A DNA stretch of 64,000 nt from Desulfatiglandales bacterium (GTDB lineage Bacteria; Desulfobacterota; DSM-4660; Desulfatiglandales; Desulfatiglandaceae). The notes under the pieces were generated by a model. It was given only the letters and a program-made list of their open reading frames with translations, made no database searches and had not been told where the DNA came from. The stretch lies in NCBI GenBank assembly GCA_963662465.1, contig OY759599.1, positions 5,184,001 through 5,248,000 of the forward strand. Reading direction: 5' to 3'. Shown here in pieces: positions 48,842 through 57,946 of the stretch (positions within the stretch are counted from its first letter, which is position 1; each line of letters starts with the position of its first letter). Both the position numbers and the translations under genes were made by a program.

Positions 48842-51106
48842 ATGAAAAAAAAAGTTTTCATCGTTTCATCCATCTGTTTACTGGTTTTTTCAGCCCTGGT
48901 ATTTGCCTCGGGCATTTACATCAACGCAAATATTGAAGACATCACCCACCAGCACCTGGGGGCCGGCATTCAATTCGAGAGTGTTGACTTCAGCTTTACG
49001 CCCATGCCGGCTGTTGCCTTTTCAAATCTGAAAATCGAGAAGGGGGAAAACACCATCAAGATCCCTTCACTTGTTTTGTATCCCGACCTGTTGGCCCTTA
49101 TAAAAGGGGATATCGTCATGAGAAAAGCGGTGGTGGAAGCGCCGCTGATTCTTTCGGAAAGAATTTCTAAGGCAGACAACGAAACAGAGCAGGCTTCCTC
49201 AAAATCACCACTCACCCCATTGCCTTTGACCACTGCTGCCATTCCCGTGGGCATGATCAACGAAATCATGGTTCATGGCGGAAGACTGGTGTTGAATTCC
49301 AAAAACGCGAACATGTCGCCCGTCAACTTCGCCGTTGCCGTGAACAACATTGAAAAAAAAGAGAAGACCATATCGGTGCAGGTAAAGGATTTCACCATAG
49401 ACGAAATAGGCCTTAAATTTGCGGGCGATGTGGCCATCACTTCCTTTTCCCCTCTGGGTCTGAAAATTAACGCTTCAAAGGCGGCACTCAATCCCGCGGC
49501 ACTCAAAAATTTCCTTGTTGAATTCGAGTTTTTGAAAACTTCCGTGGGCGAACAAATCCCCAAAATAGAACAGGTAAGCGCCGCCGGCCTGCAACTGAAC
49601 ATCGATCCGGTCACGGGAAAAATGGATCTTCTTTCCGAATCCCTCAGCTTTGGTCAAAACCAGCTTCAAAATGTTGTGGTCAATCTTTCCAAAGAAGGTG
49701 GATATGATCTTAAATGCGACAAAATTATTATGGATGTCGGCACGGTCCAGGGATGGCTGGCTGAAAACCCCAAAGGAAAAGAAACCCTCGATCAATTATT
49801 TGTCAAAGCAAAGCTTAAGGACCTGCGCGCTACCGGGCGTATTGAACTGTCCTCCATCAACCTGAAGGGTGGCGGTGGAGAAGGGAGCCGGATCAATGGC
49901 GCCATGGATCTTAAAACCGAAGGACTCGAGATCCATCTGGTTGCGGAGAACGGCAAGGAACAGAACTTCACCATCAGCCATCTTGAGACACGGGTGACCA
50001 TTGAAGAAGGGGAACCTTCACTTCAGATCAGCAACCTTCGGCTGGCCTCCTCCCGGGGAGGAACAGGCATCCTGAAAGGCATGCTGGAAATTCCGGTGAA
50101 GTTGAAAAAAGCGCAGTTTGAAGCAACGCTCAATTCATTCCAGATTTTTGATACGGAAGTAAACTTGAGAGCAGTCAAAGAACTGGGAAAAAAGCTGACC
50201 TTTGATATGGATGTCAGTGGTCCTGCGTTAACACTTCTGGCCAAAGGGCAACTTCAGACACCTGGAAGCGAAAAAGCGGATTTCTGGATCCGCATGACGG
50301 AATGCCGAATATCCAGAGGCTCTACGGGAGAAAAAGCCACTACTCAGGCGCAAAGCGAATCAACCGGCGAAACAGCTAAGGGGCTTGTCCCTAGGGCCAA
50401 TCAAGATTTTGACTTCAAAGCCATAAAAGGCAGGACCCTGTCCGGGGAGGCTTTCGTTAAAATATTTCAATATAACGACATGCCTCAGCTAAATGACGTT
50501 CACCTCACACTGAACTGCGAAAACAACCGGGCGGTTGTGAAAGGCGCCATGGGGATCTGCCAGATGAATCTTTTTGTAAACGCCGTTTTTATGGCGCCTG
50601 GGCAGATTGTAGCTCAAATTGAAGGCAAAGGGGCCAATATAAACCTGACCTCCCTTATGGCCTGCTTTTCTCGAGAACTTCCCCTGTTTCTTTCCGGAAG
50701 GGTTTCCGTCATGACATCCCTTTTTATTCAGGGAGAGAACACCGGAACCCTTCTGGATTCGGCGCGGGGCGACCTGATGGTCACCCTGCGGGAATGCGTC
50801 GTACGCAAGGTTTCCAACCTGGATTACCGACTCGATTTTCTGGTGGACATGTTGAATGTAGCGGGAATCACATCCTTGAAAGAGGACGCCATCAATTTCC
50901 GGAAAGGGCTGATAACTGCTGATATCAGAAACGGACGGATTATTCTGGATCGTTTCTCCCTGACCGGCCCCCTTTTGAGCGCTTGGGGAACTGGAGAGAT
51001 CCTGTTAAAAAAGAAACATCTGAAACTGGCGGGCCAGGTTCAGACAACATTTGGCACCACCAATGATTTAAAGATCGACCGAGTTTTTCAGAAAAGGAAA
51101 ACGTGA
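48842..51106 (+). CDS. AsmA-like protein
   Basis: N-terminal TM, 'F+PMPA+', beta-rich body, AsmA_2-like C-terminus 'IRNGRIILDRFSLTG...GTGEI.L'; start ATG 48842. Confidence 0.7.
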   Translation: MKKKVFIVSSICLLVFSALVFASGIYINANIEDITHQHLGAGIQFESVDFSFTPMPAVAFSNLKIEKGENTIKIPSLVLYPDLLALIKGDIVMRKAVVEAPLILSERISKADNETEQASSKSPLTPLPLTTAAIPVGMINEIMVHGGRLVLNSKNANMSPVNFAVAVNNIEKKEKTISVQVKDFTIDEIGLKFAGDVAITSFSPLGLKINASKAALNPAALKNFLVEFEFLKTSVGEQIPKIEQVSAAGLQLNIDPVTGKMDLLSESLSFGQNQLQNVVVNLSKEGGYDLKCDKIIMDVGTVQGWLAENPKGKETLDQLFVKAKLKDLRATGRIELSSINLKGGGGEGSRINGAMDLKTEGLEIHLVAENGKEQNFTISHLETRVTIEEGEPSLQISNLRLASSRGGTGILKGMLEIPVKLKKAQFEATLNSFQIFDTEVNLRAVKELGKKLTFDMDVSGPALTLLAKGQLQTPGSEKADFWIRMTECRISRGSTGEKATTQAQSESTGETAKGLVPRANQDFDFKAIKGRTLSGEAFVKIFQYNDMPQLNDVHLTLNCENNRAVVKGAMGICQMNLFVNAVFMAPGQIVAQIEGKGANINLTSLMACFSRELPLFLSGRVSVMTSLFIQGENTGTLLDSARGDLMVTLRECVVRKVSNLDYRLDFLVDMLNVAGITSLKEDAINFRKGLITADIRNGRIILDRFSLTGPLLSAWGTGEILLKKKHLKLAGQVQTTFGTTNDLKIDRVFQKRKT

Positions 51107-53874
51107 TGAGACATACTCAATTTAGAACCGGCTCCACACCCTTTTTCCCTCTCTTCCTCATATTGACGACGCTCTTCCTTACCACTTGTGGCGGAGCCAA
51201 AAAACCCCAGGAAATATCCTACGTTCCGGAAAAAGATATCCCAAGAACCATCGCGGTCATGCCGGCCAAATTTCTGCCTGGAAAAAAAGACGATACGGGT
51301 TTTGAGATTAAGCCCGGAAGCGAGGACGAGGCTTTTGTTGACCAGCTGGTCAGAGGTGTTATCAATAACCAGTTGATTGGTAAAGGTTATGACGCCATTC
51401 CTTTAAATCGGGTCGACCGGAAACTGGCCGCTTCCCCTGAAGGCAAGGACTGGCAAAAGACTTCTCCCAAGGTACTCTGTAACCTTCTGGGCGCCCACGG
51501 TCTGATTTTTCCTGAAATTATTACAGCCACCATGCTCAAGACCGTGGCTTATGACGAATATTCCCTGGAAGTTCGCATCACGCTGTTCAACAACAAAGGC
51601 GAGAATTTAGGGGCATGGACCGAATCCGCATCCAAAAGGAAAATTGCCATTCCCATCAGCGCCATCGGCGCCCTAGCCACCGTCGCGGTGGCCGCCATGG
51701 ATGAACCGGCCAAGAAACACATGAGACTCGTCATATACGACTGGGGCTGGAAGATTTCCCAGCTCATGCCCGACAGTCCCCATGGCAAAGATCTTCCGGA
51801 GATTCTCTTTGTGGGTACCAATGTAGACAAAGGCGTTTTCGGTGCGGAAGAACGTATTGAGGTGGAGGTCAACGCGGAAAAAGGCCTGACATGCTCCTTT
51901 GATCTGGGGGACTTCAAAAAGGGCATCCCCATGCATTATTCTGCCGGAGGGTCCTACAAGGGGGTTTATATGGTCCGAGAAGGCGAACAGGCTGCCTTTC
52001 TCCCCCTGACCCTTCATGTGGCAAAACCCAACGGCCTTGAACGGACATGGGCGGAAACGGGAACCGTGACCATTGATGCGGTTCCGCCGCCCTCACCGAC
52101 CGACCTGACAGCCCTTTCCGGAAAACAAGGCATTTCCCTTTCCTGGTCTTCGGGAAAAAGCGAAGATCTGAGCGAATTTCTGGTGGAACGGAGCGAAAAG
52201 GCGGTGGGTAATTTTGAACTACTGGGGAAAACGAAGGATTTAAAATACCTGGATGCACAAGTCACTCAGGGGAAATCCTATTACTACCGCATCCGTTCCG
52301 TAGACGAACTTGGAAATCGGTCATCCTCGACCCCGGTTCAAAACATCACCATGCCCTATTTTGATCCGGTGAAACTACAGCCTCTTTTCAAGGGGCCGCT
52401 GGTTCAAGGAACGTACCTGGTGGAAGAGACCTGTACCGTCCCGGAAGGAGAAATTGCCATGGTAGGGCCGGGGACACATTTTAATTTTTCGCCCGGCGCA
52501 AAACTGGTGGCCAAAGGCGCTCTCACCATCAGGGGCGACGCAAAAAACCGTGTGTTCCTGGAAGGAAGTGGATGGCGGGGGATTGAAATCCCGGCTGGTG
52601 GACGTGCGGAGATTTCCCACGTAGCCATTTCAGGCTGTTCCGAATGTCTCAAAGCTGAAGGAGGACTCCTGGAAGCGAAAGCCGTGTCCCTCAAGGGTTC
52701 GGAAGGAAACGGCATTATTGCGCGGGAAGGCAGCCCTTATGAATTGAGTGAACTGACCATTACCGGTTTCGAGCAAGGAATCATTATCGAGGGAGGCAAA
52801 GGACGCATCGAAAAAAGCACCATCACCAAAAACCACGTGGGGCTAGTCTTCCTTGGCGGGAACGCGGAAATTTTGAATAATAATGTTTTTAAAAATCGGG
52901 ATCTGGAAATCAATGCCGCTCAGAAACTGGTTCTGGATGGCAACTATCTGGGCGCCGATAACGTCAAAGATTTGAAATTGAAAGGTGATATCCTGGTTGC
53001 CAGCCTGCTGAACGCCCCTTATCCCAAAGGGACGAAAGTGGTTCTGGTGGACAAAAAAGACATCACCCCCGAGGTCATCGAGGCGCGTTTCCAGCATTAC
53101 AAATCCAAAGGCATTGAGGCATTCAAAAACAGGAAATTCGGCGATGCCTACCAGTCCCTGAAAAAAGGTCTGGCCCTGAAGGAGGACCGAGAAATCTACC
53201 TCTATCTAGCCTACACCCAGATGATTCTGGAAGATACAATGGCCTCGGAAAAAACGCTGGAAAAAGGAATTCATGCTTTTCCCTATGAAGTACGGCTCTA
53301 CCAGGTGTATGCTCGGCAGCTTGCGGCCAGGGGAGAAAAAGAAAGGGCCATAAAACTGGTGGATAAAGCCCTTCTAATGAACCCGGATGACCCCACCTTG
53401 AAATTGATCAACCGGGACTTGAAAAACACCCCGTCGCCTGAAAAGCCACCGATCAAAAAAACACCGCCGGCTCAAAAAGCCGCGATTTCAGGGGAAGACG
53501 AAAAAGAATTTGAATCCTTAAAATCCCGGGGCATTGATGCATTTAAGGAAGAAAAATACACGGCAGCGGAAGCACTTCTCTCCAGTTCACTTTCGAAAAA
53601 ACCGGACAGGGAAGCATACCTCTATCTGATTTATGCTCAGATGCGACTGGGCAAGAAAACAGCGTTGACAGCCACACTTCAGAAGAGTATCCACGACTTT
53701 CCCCAGGAAGTGCGGTTTTACCGCTTGTATGCCAAGCATCTGGCTGATGGAGGCCAAAGCGAAAACGCCCTTTTTCAGATCAAAGAAGGACTAAAAAAAC
53801 ACCCGGACGACCCTCAATTAAAGATGCTCAAGGATTATCTGGAAGGAACCTTAGAGGGGCAGGAGAAACAATGA
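51103..53874 (+). CDS. Multidomain lipoprotein: DUF799/GNA1162-like, FN3, right-handed beta-helix, duplicated TPR module
   Basis: Lipobox LTTC; 'PRTIAVMP...KGYD..PL..VD'; FN3 'LSW...Y.D..V..G..YYYRIRSVD..GN.S'; Gly/Asn-rich parallel beta-helix; two C-terminal TPR blocks. Confidence 0.7.
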   Translation: MMRHTQFRTGSTPFFPLFLILTTLFLTTCGGAKKPQEISYVPEKDIPRTIAVMPAKFLPGKKDDTGFEIKPGSEDEAFVDQLVRGVINNQLIGKGYDAIPLNRVDRKLAASPEGKDWQKTSPKVLCNLLGAHGLIFPEIITATMLKTVAYDEYSLEVRITLFNNKGENLGAWTESASKRKIAIPISAIGALATVAVAAMDEPAKKHMRLVIYDWGWKISQLMPDSPHGKDLPEILFVGTNVDKGVFGAEERIEVEVNAEKGLTCSFDLGDFKKGIPMHYSAGGSYKGVYMVREGEQAAFLPLTLHVAKPNGLERTWAETGTVTIDAVPPPSPTDLTALSGKQGISLSWSSGKSEDLSEFLVERSEKAVGNFELLGKTKDLKYLDAQVTQGKSYYYRIRSVDELGNRSSSTPVQNITMPYFDPVKLQPLFKGPLVQGTYLVEETCTVPEGEIAMVGPGTHFNFSPGAKLVAKGALTIRGDAKNRVFLEGSGWRGIEIPAGGRAEISHVAISGCSECLKAEGGLLEAKAVSLKGSEGNGIIAREGSPYELSELTITGFEQGIIIEGGKGRIEKSTITKNHVGLVFLGGNAEILNNNVFKNRDLEINAAQKLVLDGNYLGADNVKDLKLKGDILVASLLNAPYPKGTKVVLVDKKDITPEVIEARFQHYKSKGIEAFKNRKFGDAYQSLKKGLALKEDREIYLYLAYTQMILEDTMASEKTLEKGIHAFPYEVRLYQVYARQLAARGEKERAIKLVDKALLMNPDDPTLKLINRDLKNTPSPEKPPIKKTPPAQKAAISGEDEKEFESLKSRGIDAFKEEKYTAAEALLSSSLSKKPDREAYLYLIYAQMRLGKKTALTATLQKSIHDFPQEVRFYRLYAKHLADGGQSENALFQIKEGLKKHPDDPQLKMLKDYLEGTLEGQEKQ

Positions 53875-55622
53875 CCATCACAAGAAAATGGGCTTTTTTA
53901 TCCGCGACCCCTTATCTTTTAACAACGTGTGGTCTTTTGATAATCTGTTGCCTTTTTATGCTTTGTCCTTCAACCTGGGCAACGCCGCCTGATCCGACAC
54001 AAGAGCATGAAGCCCGTTACAACATCAATGAAGCGGCCTATCTGATCGAAGTGGGAAAATACATGGAGGCCCTCGAAAATTACCAGAGCGCCTTTGAATT
54101 ATCGACCCTTCCCAAAACCAGAATTGATGCCCTTCTCTCCAAGGCCACACTCTTGTCAGCGTTCCTGGATGCACCCGAAAAAGCGATTGAAGTCTACCAA
54201 AAAGTCTCACGGGAATACCCACAGGCAGCGGAAATAGGACGATACAGGGAAGGGCTCCTGCTTTTCCAGCTGGATCGACCTGACAAAGCAAAGCCCGTGC
54301 TTCAGAATTATCTGAAAGACTACCCAAAAGGAAAATTCCGCTTTCAATCCGAAGCATTGCTGGAGCAAATAGAAAAAGAACCCCCCAAACCCAAGCCAAA
54401 ACCTGAGCTTACACCGGAAACCAAGCCCAAGCCCAAGCCTGTGCCTGAACCAATACCGATACCCAAACCTGTGGCAATACCAACACCCACACCGACACCA
54501 CCCATTGAACTCCCACCGCCCCCTTCCGGGCTACCCATGCCAACGCCGCCGGTCAAGCCAACCCCCGAGAAACCTTCTCCCGCTCTCATACCCTCGCCAC
54601 AACTCCGAGTGCGCCTGTGTAAAACCACAGGGAGTGCGACCATCAGCGGAACAGAAGTCTGCGTCAAAGGGTTAGGCTGCCGGAACCGCTTCATAATCAA
54701 AAACTCCGGAGGCGCACTGACGGTCAATGGAAATCGGCGAACTGAAAGTGAAGTTCTCTTTGAAAGCCGGAATCCTCTTGAAATTAACTGTGGAAGCAAA
54801 AAGAAAAAAATTCGGGGTGATCTCCTGGCAAAACTGAAGGAGGGAAAACTATATATCATCAACCTGGTGGATATGGAACATTACCTGAAATCGGTTGTGC
54901 CTTCTGAATCCTATGCCTCATGGCCCCTGGAGACCCTTAAAGCCCAGGCCGTGGCAGCCAGAACCTATGCTTATTACCAATTGCTGCACCGAAAAACCTG
55001 GGCCTACGACCTGGTAGACGACGAAGGGGATCAAGCCTACAAAGGCATGAAGAGAGAAACCCGTAAGACCGATCAGGCTGTTCGAGAAACCGAAGGGCAA
55101 ATTCTCACTTATGGGAACAAACCGATTCTTTGCATGTACAGCGCCAACAGCGGCGGATACACCGCAGATGCAGGGTCGATTTTCGGCCTCGACAAACCCT
55201 ATCTGATCGCTCACCCGGACCCCGAGAGTCTCAAGGGAAAAATGGCGCGATGGAAAAAGACCTTTTCCGTTTCAGAGGTAGAAAGTGCCCTGAACCGAAG
55301 AGGCCTTAAAATAAAGGGGCTCAAAAGCATTGAACCGGCGGAAAAAGGGCCGTCTGGCCGCATCATCAAAATACGGATCATTTCCATCGGCAGCACCAAA
55401 ACCGTGCGCACCCGCACTACCCTGGGAAGAGCCCTCAAACTCCCTGAAATCCTGTTGGAAATTGCACGAAACAACGACGGGGACTTTGTCTTTGACGGCA
55501 AAGGCTGGGGTCATGGCGTGGGATACTCCCAATGGGGCGCCGCCATACTCGGCAAGAACGATAATTTCGATAACATCTTGGGTTTTTATTATCCCAATGC
55601 GTCACTTATCAAAAGATGGTGA
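53871..55622 (+). CDS. SpoIID/LytB lytic transglycosylase with an N-terminal TPR and a Pro-rich linker
   Basis: YLKSVVPSE...LKAQAVAARTYA, DQAYKG, GWGHGVGYSQWGA. Confidence 0.9.
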   Translation: MTITRKWAFLSATPYLLTTCGLLIICCLFMLCPSTWATPPDPTQEHEARYNINEAAYLIEVGKYMEALENYQSAFELSTLPKTRIDALLSKATLLSAFLDAPEKAIEVYQKVSREYPQAAEIGRYREGLLLFQLDRPDKAKPVLQNYLKDYPKGKFRFQSEALLEQIEKEPPKPKPKPELTPETKPKPKPVPEPIPIPKPVAIPTPTPTPPIELPPPPSGLPMPTPPVKPTPEKPSPALIPSPQLRVRLCKTTGSATISGTEVCVKGLGCRNRFIIKNSGGALTVNGNRRTESEVLFESRNPLEINCGSKKKKIRGDLLAKLKEGKLYIINLVDMEHYLKSVVPSESYASWPLETLKAQAVAARTYAYYQLLHRKTWAYDLVDDEGDQAYKGMKRETRKTDQAVRETEGQILTYGNKPILCMYSANSGGYTADAGSIFGLDKPYLIAHPDPESLKGKMARWKKTFSVSEVESALNRRGLKIKGLKSIEPAEKGPSGRIIKIRIISIGSTKTVRTRTTLGRALKLPEILLEIARNNDGDFVFDGKGWGHGVGYSQWGAAILGKNDNFDNILGFYYPNASLIKRW

Positions 55623-55682
55623 TTTTAATCCTTTTACTATTTTAGGGCTTTCAAATTGGGCTTATGTTAAGATGTTTCAACC

Positions 55683-55982
55683 ATGACCAACGAATTAAAA
55701 AAAGCGAATACCCTCGCAGTTGCAGGATTTCTGGCGCCTTTTGTTGCTACGGGGATTGCCTGTGTTCTGCTCCTCATTGCAGGAGATGAATTCAAATCAT
55801 CCAGGATTTTCATCATTTACCAGATTTCCATCCCGCTTATCCTAATCATCGGCGTAATTCTGGGAATCAAATCAATTCCCCACATCAGTGAGCTGGGAGA
55901 CAAGGACTATGCCTATAGCGGTTTGTTCCTGAGCATATTTTTTTTAGCCGTTTTTTTACTATCTCTAATTTACCTCCATTAA
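55683..55982 (+). CDS. Small 3-TM membrane protein
   Basis: Three hydrophobic segments; DUF4190-like 'G.D.A..GL.L' pattern. Confidence 0.6.
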   Translation: MTNELKKANTLAVAGFLAPFVATGIACVLLLIAGDEFKSSRIFIIYQISIPLILIIGVILGIKSIPHISELGDKDYAYSGLFLSIFFLAVFLLSLIYLH

Positions 55983-56117
55983 TCATTCCACCATCAGTCC
56001 TGCTCAAAGCCAAACCCGGCATGGATATAGCAATAATGCAGTCTGAATTAACTACATATTGTGGTTGATTCTAAATCCCAAAAAGTCTGCAAATAGCTTA
56101 TATCCCCGTTTTTTTCC

Positions 56118-56187
56118 TTGACATGAAAATGGTTTTACCGGATAGTGTCACAGAGTGGTAAACATTGTCATAAAGTGGCACAAATGG
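56118..56187 (+). promoter_or_regulatory. dcw promoter with MraZ-binding repeats
   Basis: TTGACA-N17-GATAGT, then 10-bp period AGTGTCACAG/AGTGGTAAAC/ATTGTCATAA/AGTGGCACAA. Confidence 0.75.
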
Positions 56188-56193
56188 CTCATC

Positions 56194-56631
56194 ATGTTTC
56201 GTGGACGTTCAAAACACAACCTTGACGACAAGGGCCGTCTGGCCATCCCCACACGGTTTCGGGAATTTCTGGCCCAAAAAGGGGATCAATGCCTGGTGGT
56301 GACCCATAAAGACGGTTGCCTGTGGGCTTTTACAAGAGACGATTGGCGGGTTCTCGAAGAAAAAGCGGCCAATCTCCCCTTGTTTGACAGCGCGGGAATC
56401 GCTTTTCTCCGGTATTTTATTTCCGGCGCTGAAGAATGTATGGTCAAGAATGGCAGGATTACGATTCCCCTGAATTTGAGGGAAACTACCGGATTGGAAA
56501 AAGAGGTAATGGTCGTTGGTCAACTGAAACGGTTTGAAATTTGGGATAGGAAAAAATGGGAAAAGGAATTCGAAAGAGTGACGGAGATTTTTCCCGAAGC
56601 AAGCCAGGCCCTTCAAGAACTGCGGATTTAG
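56194..56631 (+). CDS. mraZ: Transcriptional regulator MraZ
   Basis: MFRG...LDDKGRLAIP; GRITIP; FEIWD; start ATG 56194. Confidence 0.95.
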   Translation: MFRGRSKHNLDDKGRLAIPTRFREFLAQKGDQCLVVTHKDGCLWAFTRDDWRVLEEKAANLPLFDSAGIAFLRYFISGAEECMVKNGRITIPLNLRETTGLEKEVMVVGQLKRFEIWDRKKWEKEFERVTEIFPEASQALQELRI

Positions 56632-57581
56632 AAATTCAAAATTCGGATTACCCTCATGTGCCGGTTCTTGTTCAGGAAACCGTGCAATATCTCAACCTTA
56701 AATCGGAAGGTGTCTATGTTGATGGAACAGTTGGGTCGGGCGGTCACAGCCTTGAAATCTTATTTCAGCTACCTGAGAAAAGCCGCCTGATCTGTCTTGA
56801 CAGAGACCCTGACGCCGTAAGTATATCCAAAAGAAGATTAAGCGCGGACCATCGGGTACACCTCATTCGAGCTAATTTCGCCGATCTGAACACGGTAATG
56901 CAGGATTTGGACATCAGCAAAATTGATGGCATTCTACTTGATTTGGGTATGTCCTCTTACCAAATCGAAAAATCTGGAAGAGGATTCAGTTTCAGCAGAG
57001 AGGAGCCCCTCGACATGAGAATGAATCCGGACCATAAGCCAACCGGAGGCCACCTGATCAACACCCTCTCCGCACAATCCCTTCAAACCCTGTTGTGGGA
57101 ATATGGAGAAGAACGCAGGGCCAAAATTTTATCAAAGGCCGTTGTAAGAGCTCGTGAAAAAGAACCCATTGAGACAGCATCCCAGCTGGCGGAAATAATT
57201 GAAGCGGCTACTCCAAAATCTCATCGGCCCTGGAAACGGCATCCCGCGACAAAAACCTTCCAGGCGCTCAGAATAGCCGTTAACAATGAAATGGACAACC
57301 TCAAGATTTTTCTCGATAAAATTCCATCATTGATAGCAACGGGGGGAAGGCTGGTTGTCATTTCCTATCATTCCCTTGAGGACCGGCAGGTCAAAAAGGC
57401 AATGGTCGAATGGGAAAAGGCTTGCATCTGTCCTCCGGATTTTCCGATTTGCGCATGCAATAAGGTTCCTGTTTTTAAACGTCCGTTCAAAAAAGGCAAA
57501 AAACCCAGAGAAGAGGAAATCCAAAAAAACCCCAGGGCGCGCAGCGCTATCATGAGGGTTGCGGAAAGGATATCGCCATGA
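56556..57581 (+). CDS. rsmH: 16S rRNA m4C1402 methyltransferase
   Basis: HVPVL, DGTVGSGGH, DLGMSS, PLDMRM, FQALRIAVN; start uncertain. Confidence 0.95.
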   Translation: MGKGIRKSDGDFSRSKPGPSRTADLEIQNSDYPHVPVLVQETVQYLNLKSEGVYVDGTVGSGGHSLEILFQLPEKSRLICLDRDPDAVSISKRRLSADHRVHLIRANFADLNTVMQDLDISKIDGILLDLGMSSYQIEKSGRGFSFSREEPLDMRMNPDHKPTGGHLINTLSAQSLQTLLWEYGEERRAKILSKAVVRAREKEPIETASQLAEIIEAATPKSHRPWKRHPATKTFQALRIAVNNEMDNLKIFLDKIPSLIATGGRLVVISYHSLEDRQVKKAMVEWEKACICPPDFPICACNKVPVFKRPFKKGKKPREEEIQKNPRARSAIMRVAERISP

Positions 57582-57946
57582 CCAGGCCGGATAGTTTGTC
57601 GAAAATGATGGGCTCTCGCAACACCGGAAACGGGGTTCGCATCGGAAATGTCCGATCAAAAGCCGCCAAATTTCATATCAACCGAAAGCAGGTTCTGATA
57701 ACCCTGTTGATGTTGATTTGTTTTATGGGAACCGGCATCGGTTACGTTTGGTCAAATTTTGAAAGAACCCAGATCGGCTACGATCTCAGCCAGTTGAAGC
57801 GAGAAGAAATGAGGCTCCAGGAAATCAACCAAAAACTTAAACTGGAATTGGCCACCCTGAAATCGCCACAAAACCTGGAATGTCTTGCGATTCAGAAGCT
57901 GGGGCTCAGTCCTCCGACGCCTGAGCAGATCATTTTGTTGCCATGA
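57578..57946 (+). CDS. ftsL: Cell division protein FtsL
   Basis: TM plus coiled coil, 'LKLELATLKSP', position in dcw. Confidence 0.85.
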   Translation: MTRPDSLSKMMGSRNTGNGVRIGNVRSKAAKFHINRKQVLITLLMLICFMGTGIGYVWSNFERTQIGYDLSQLKREEMRLQEINQKLKLELATLKSPQNLECLAIQKLGLSPPTPEQIILLP

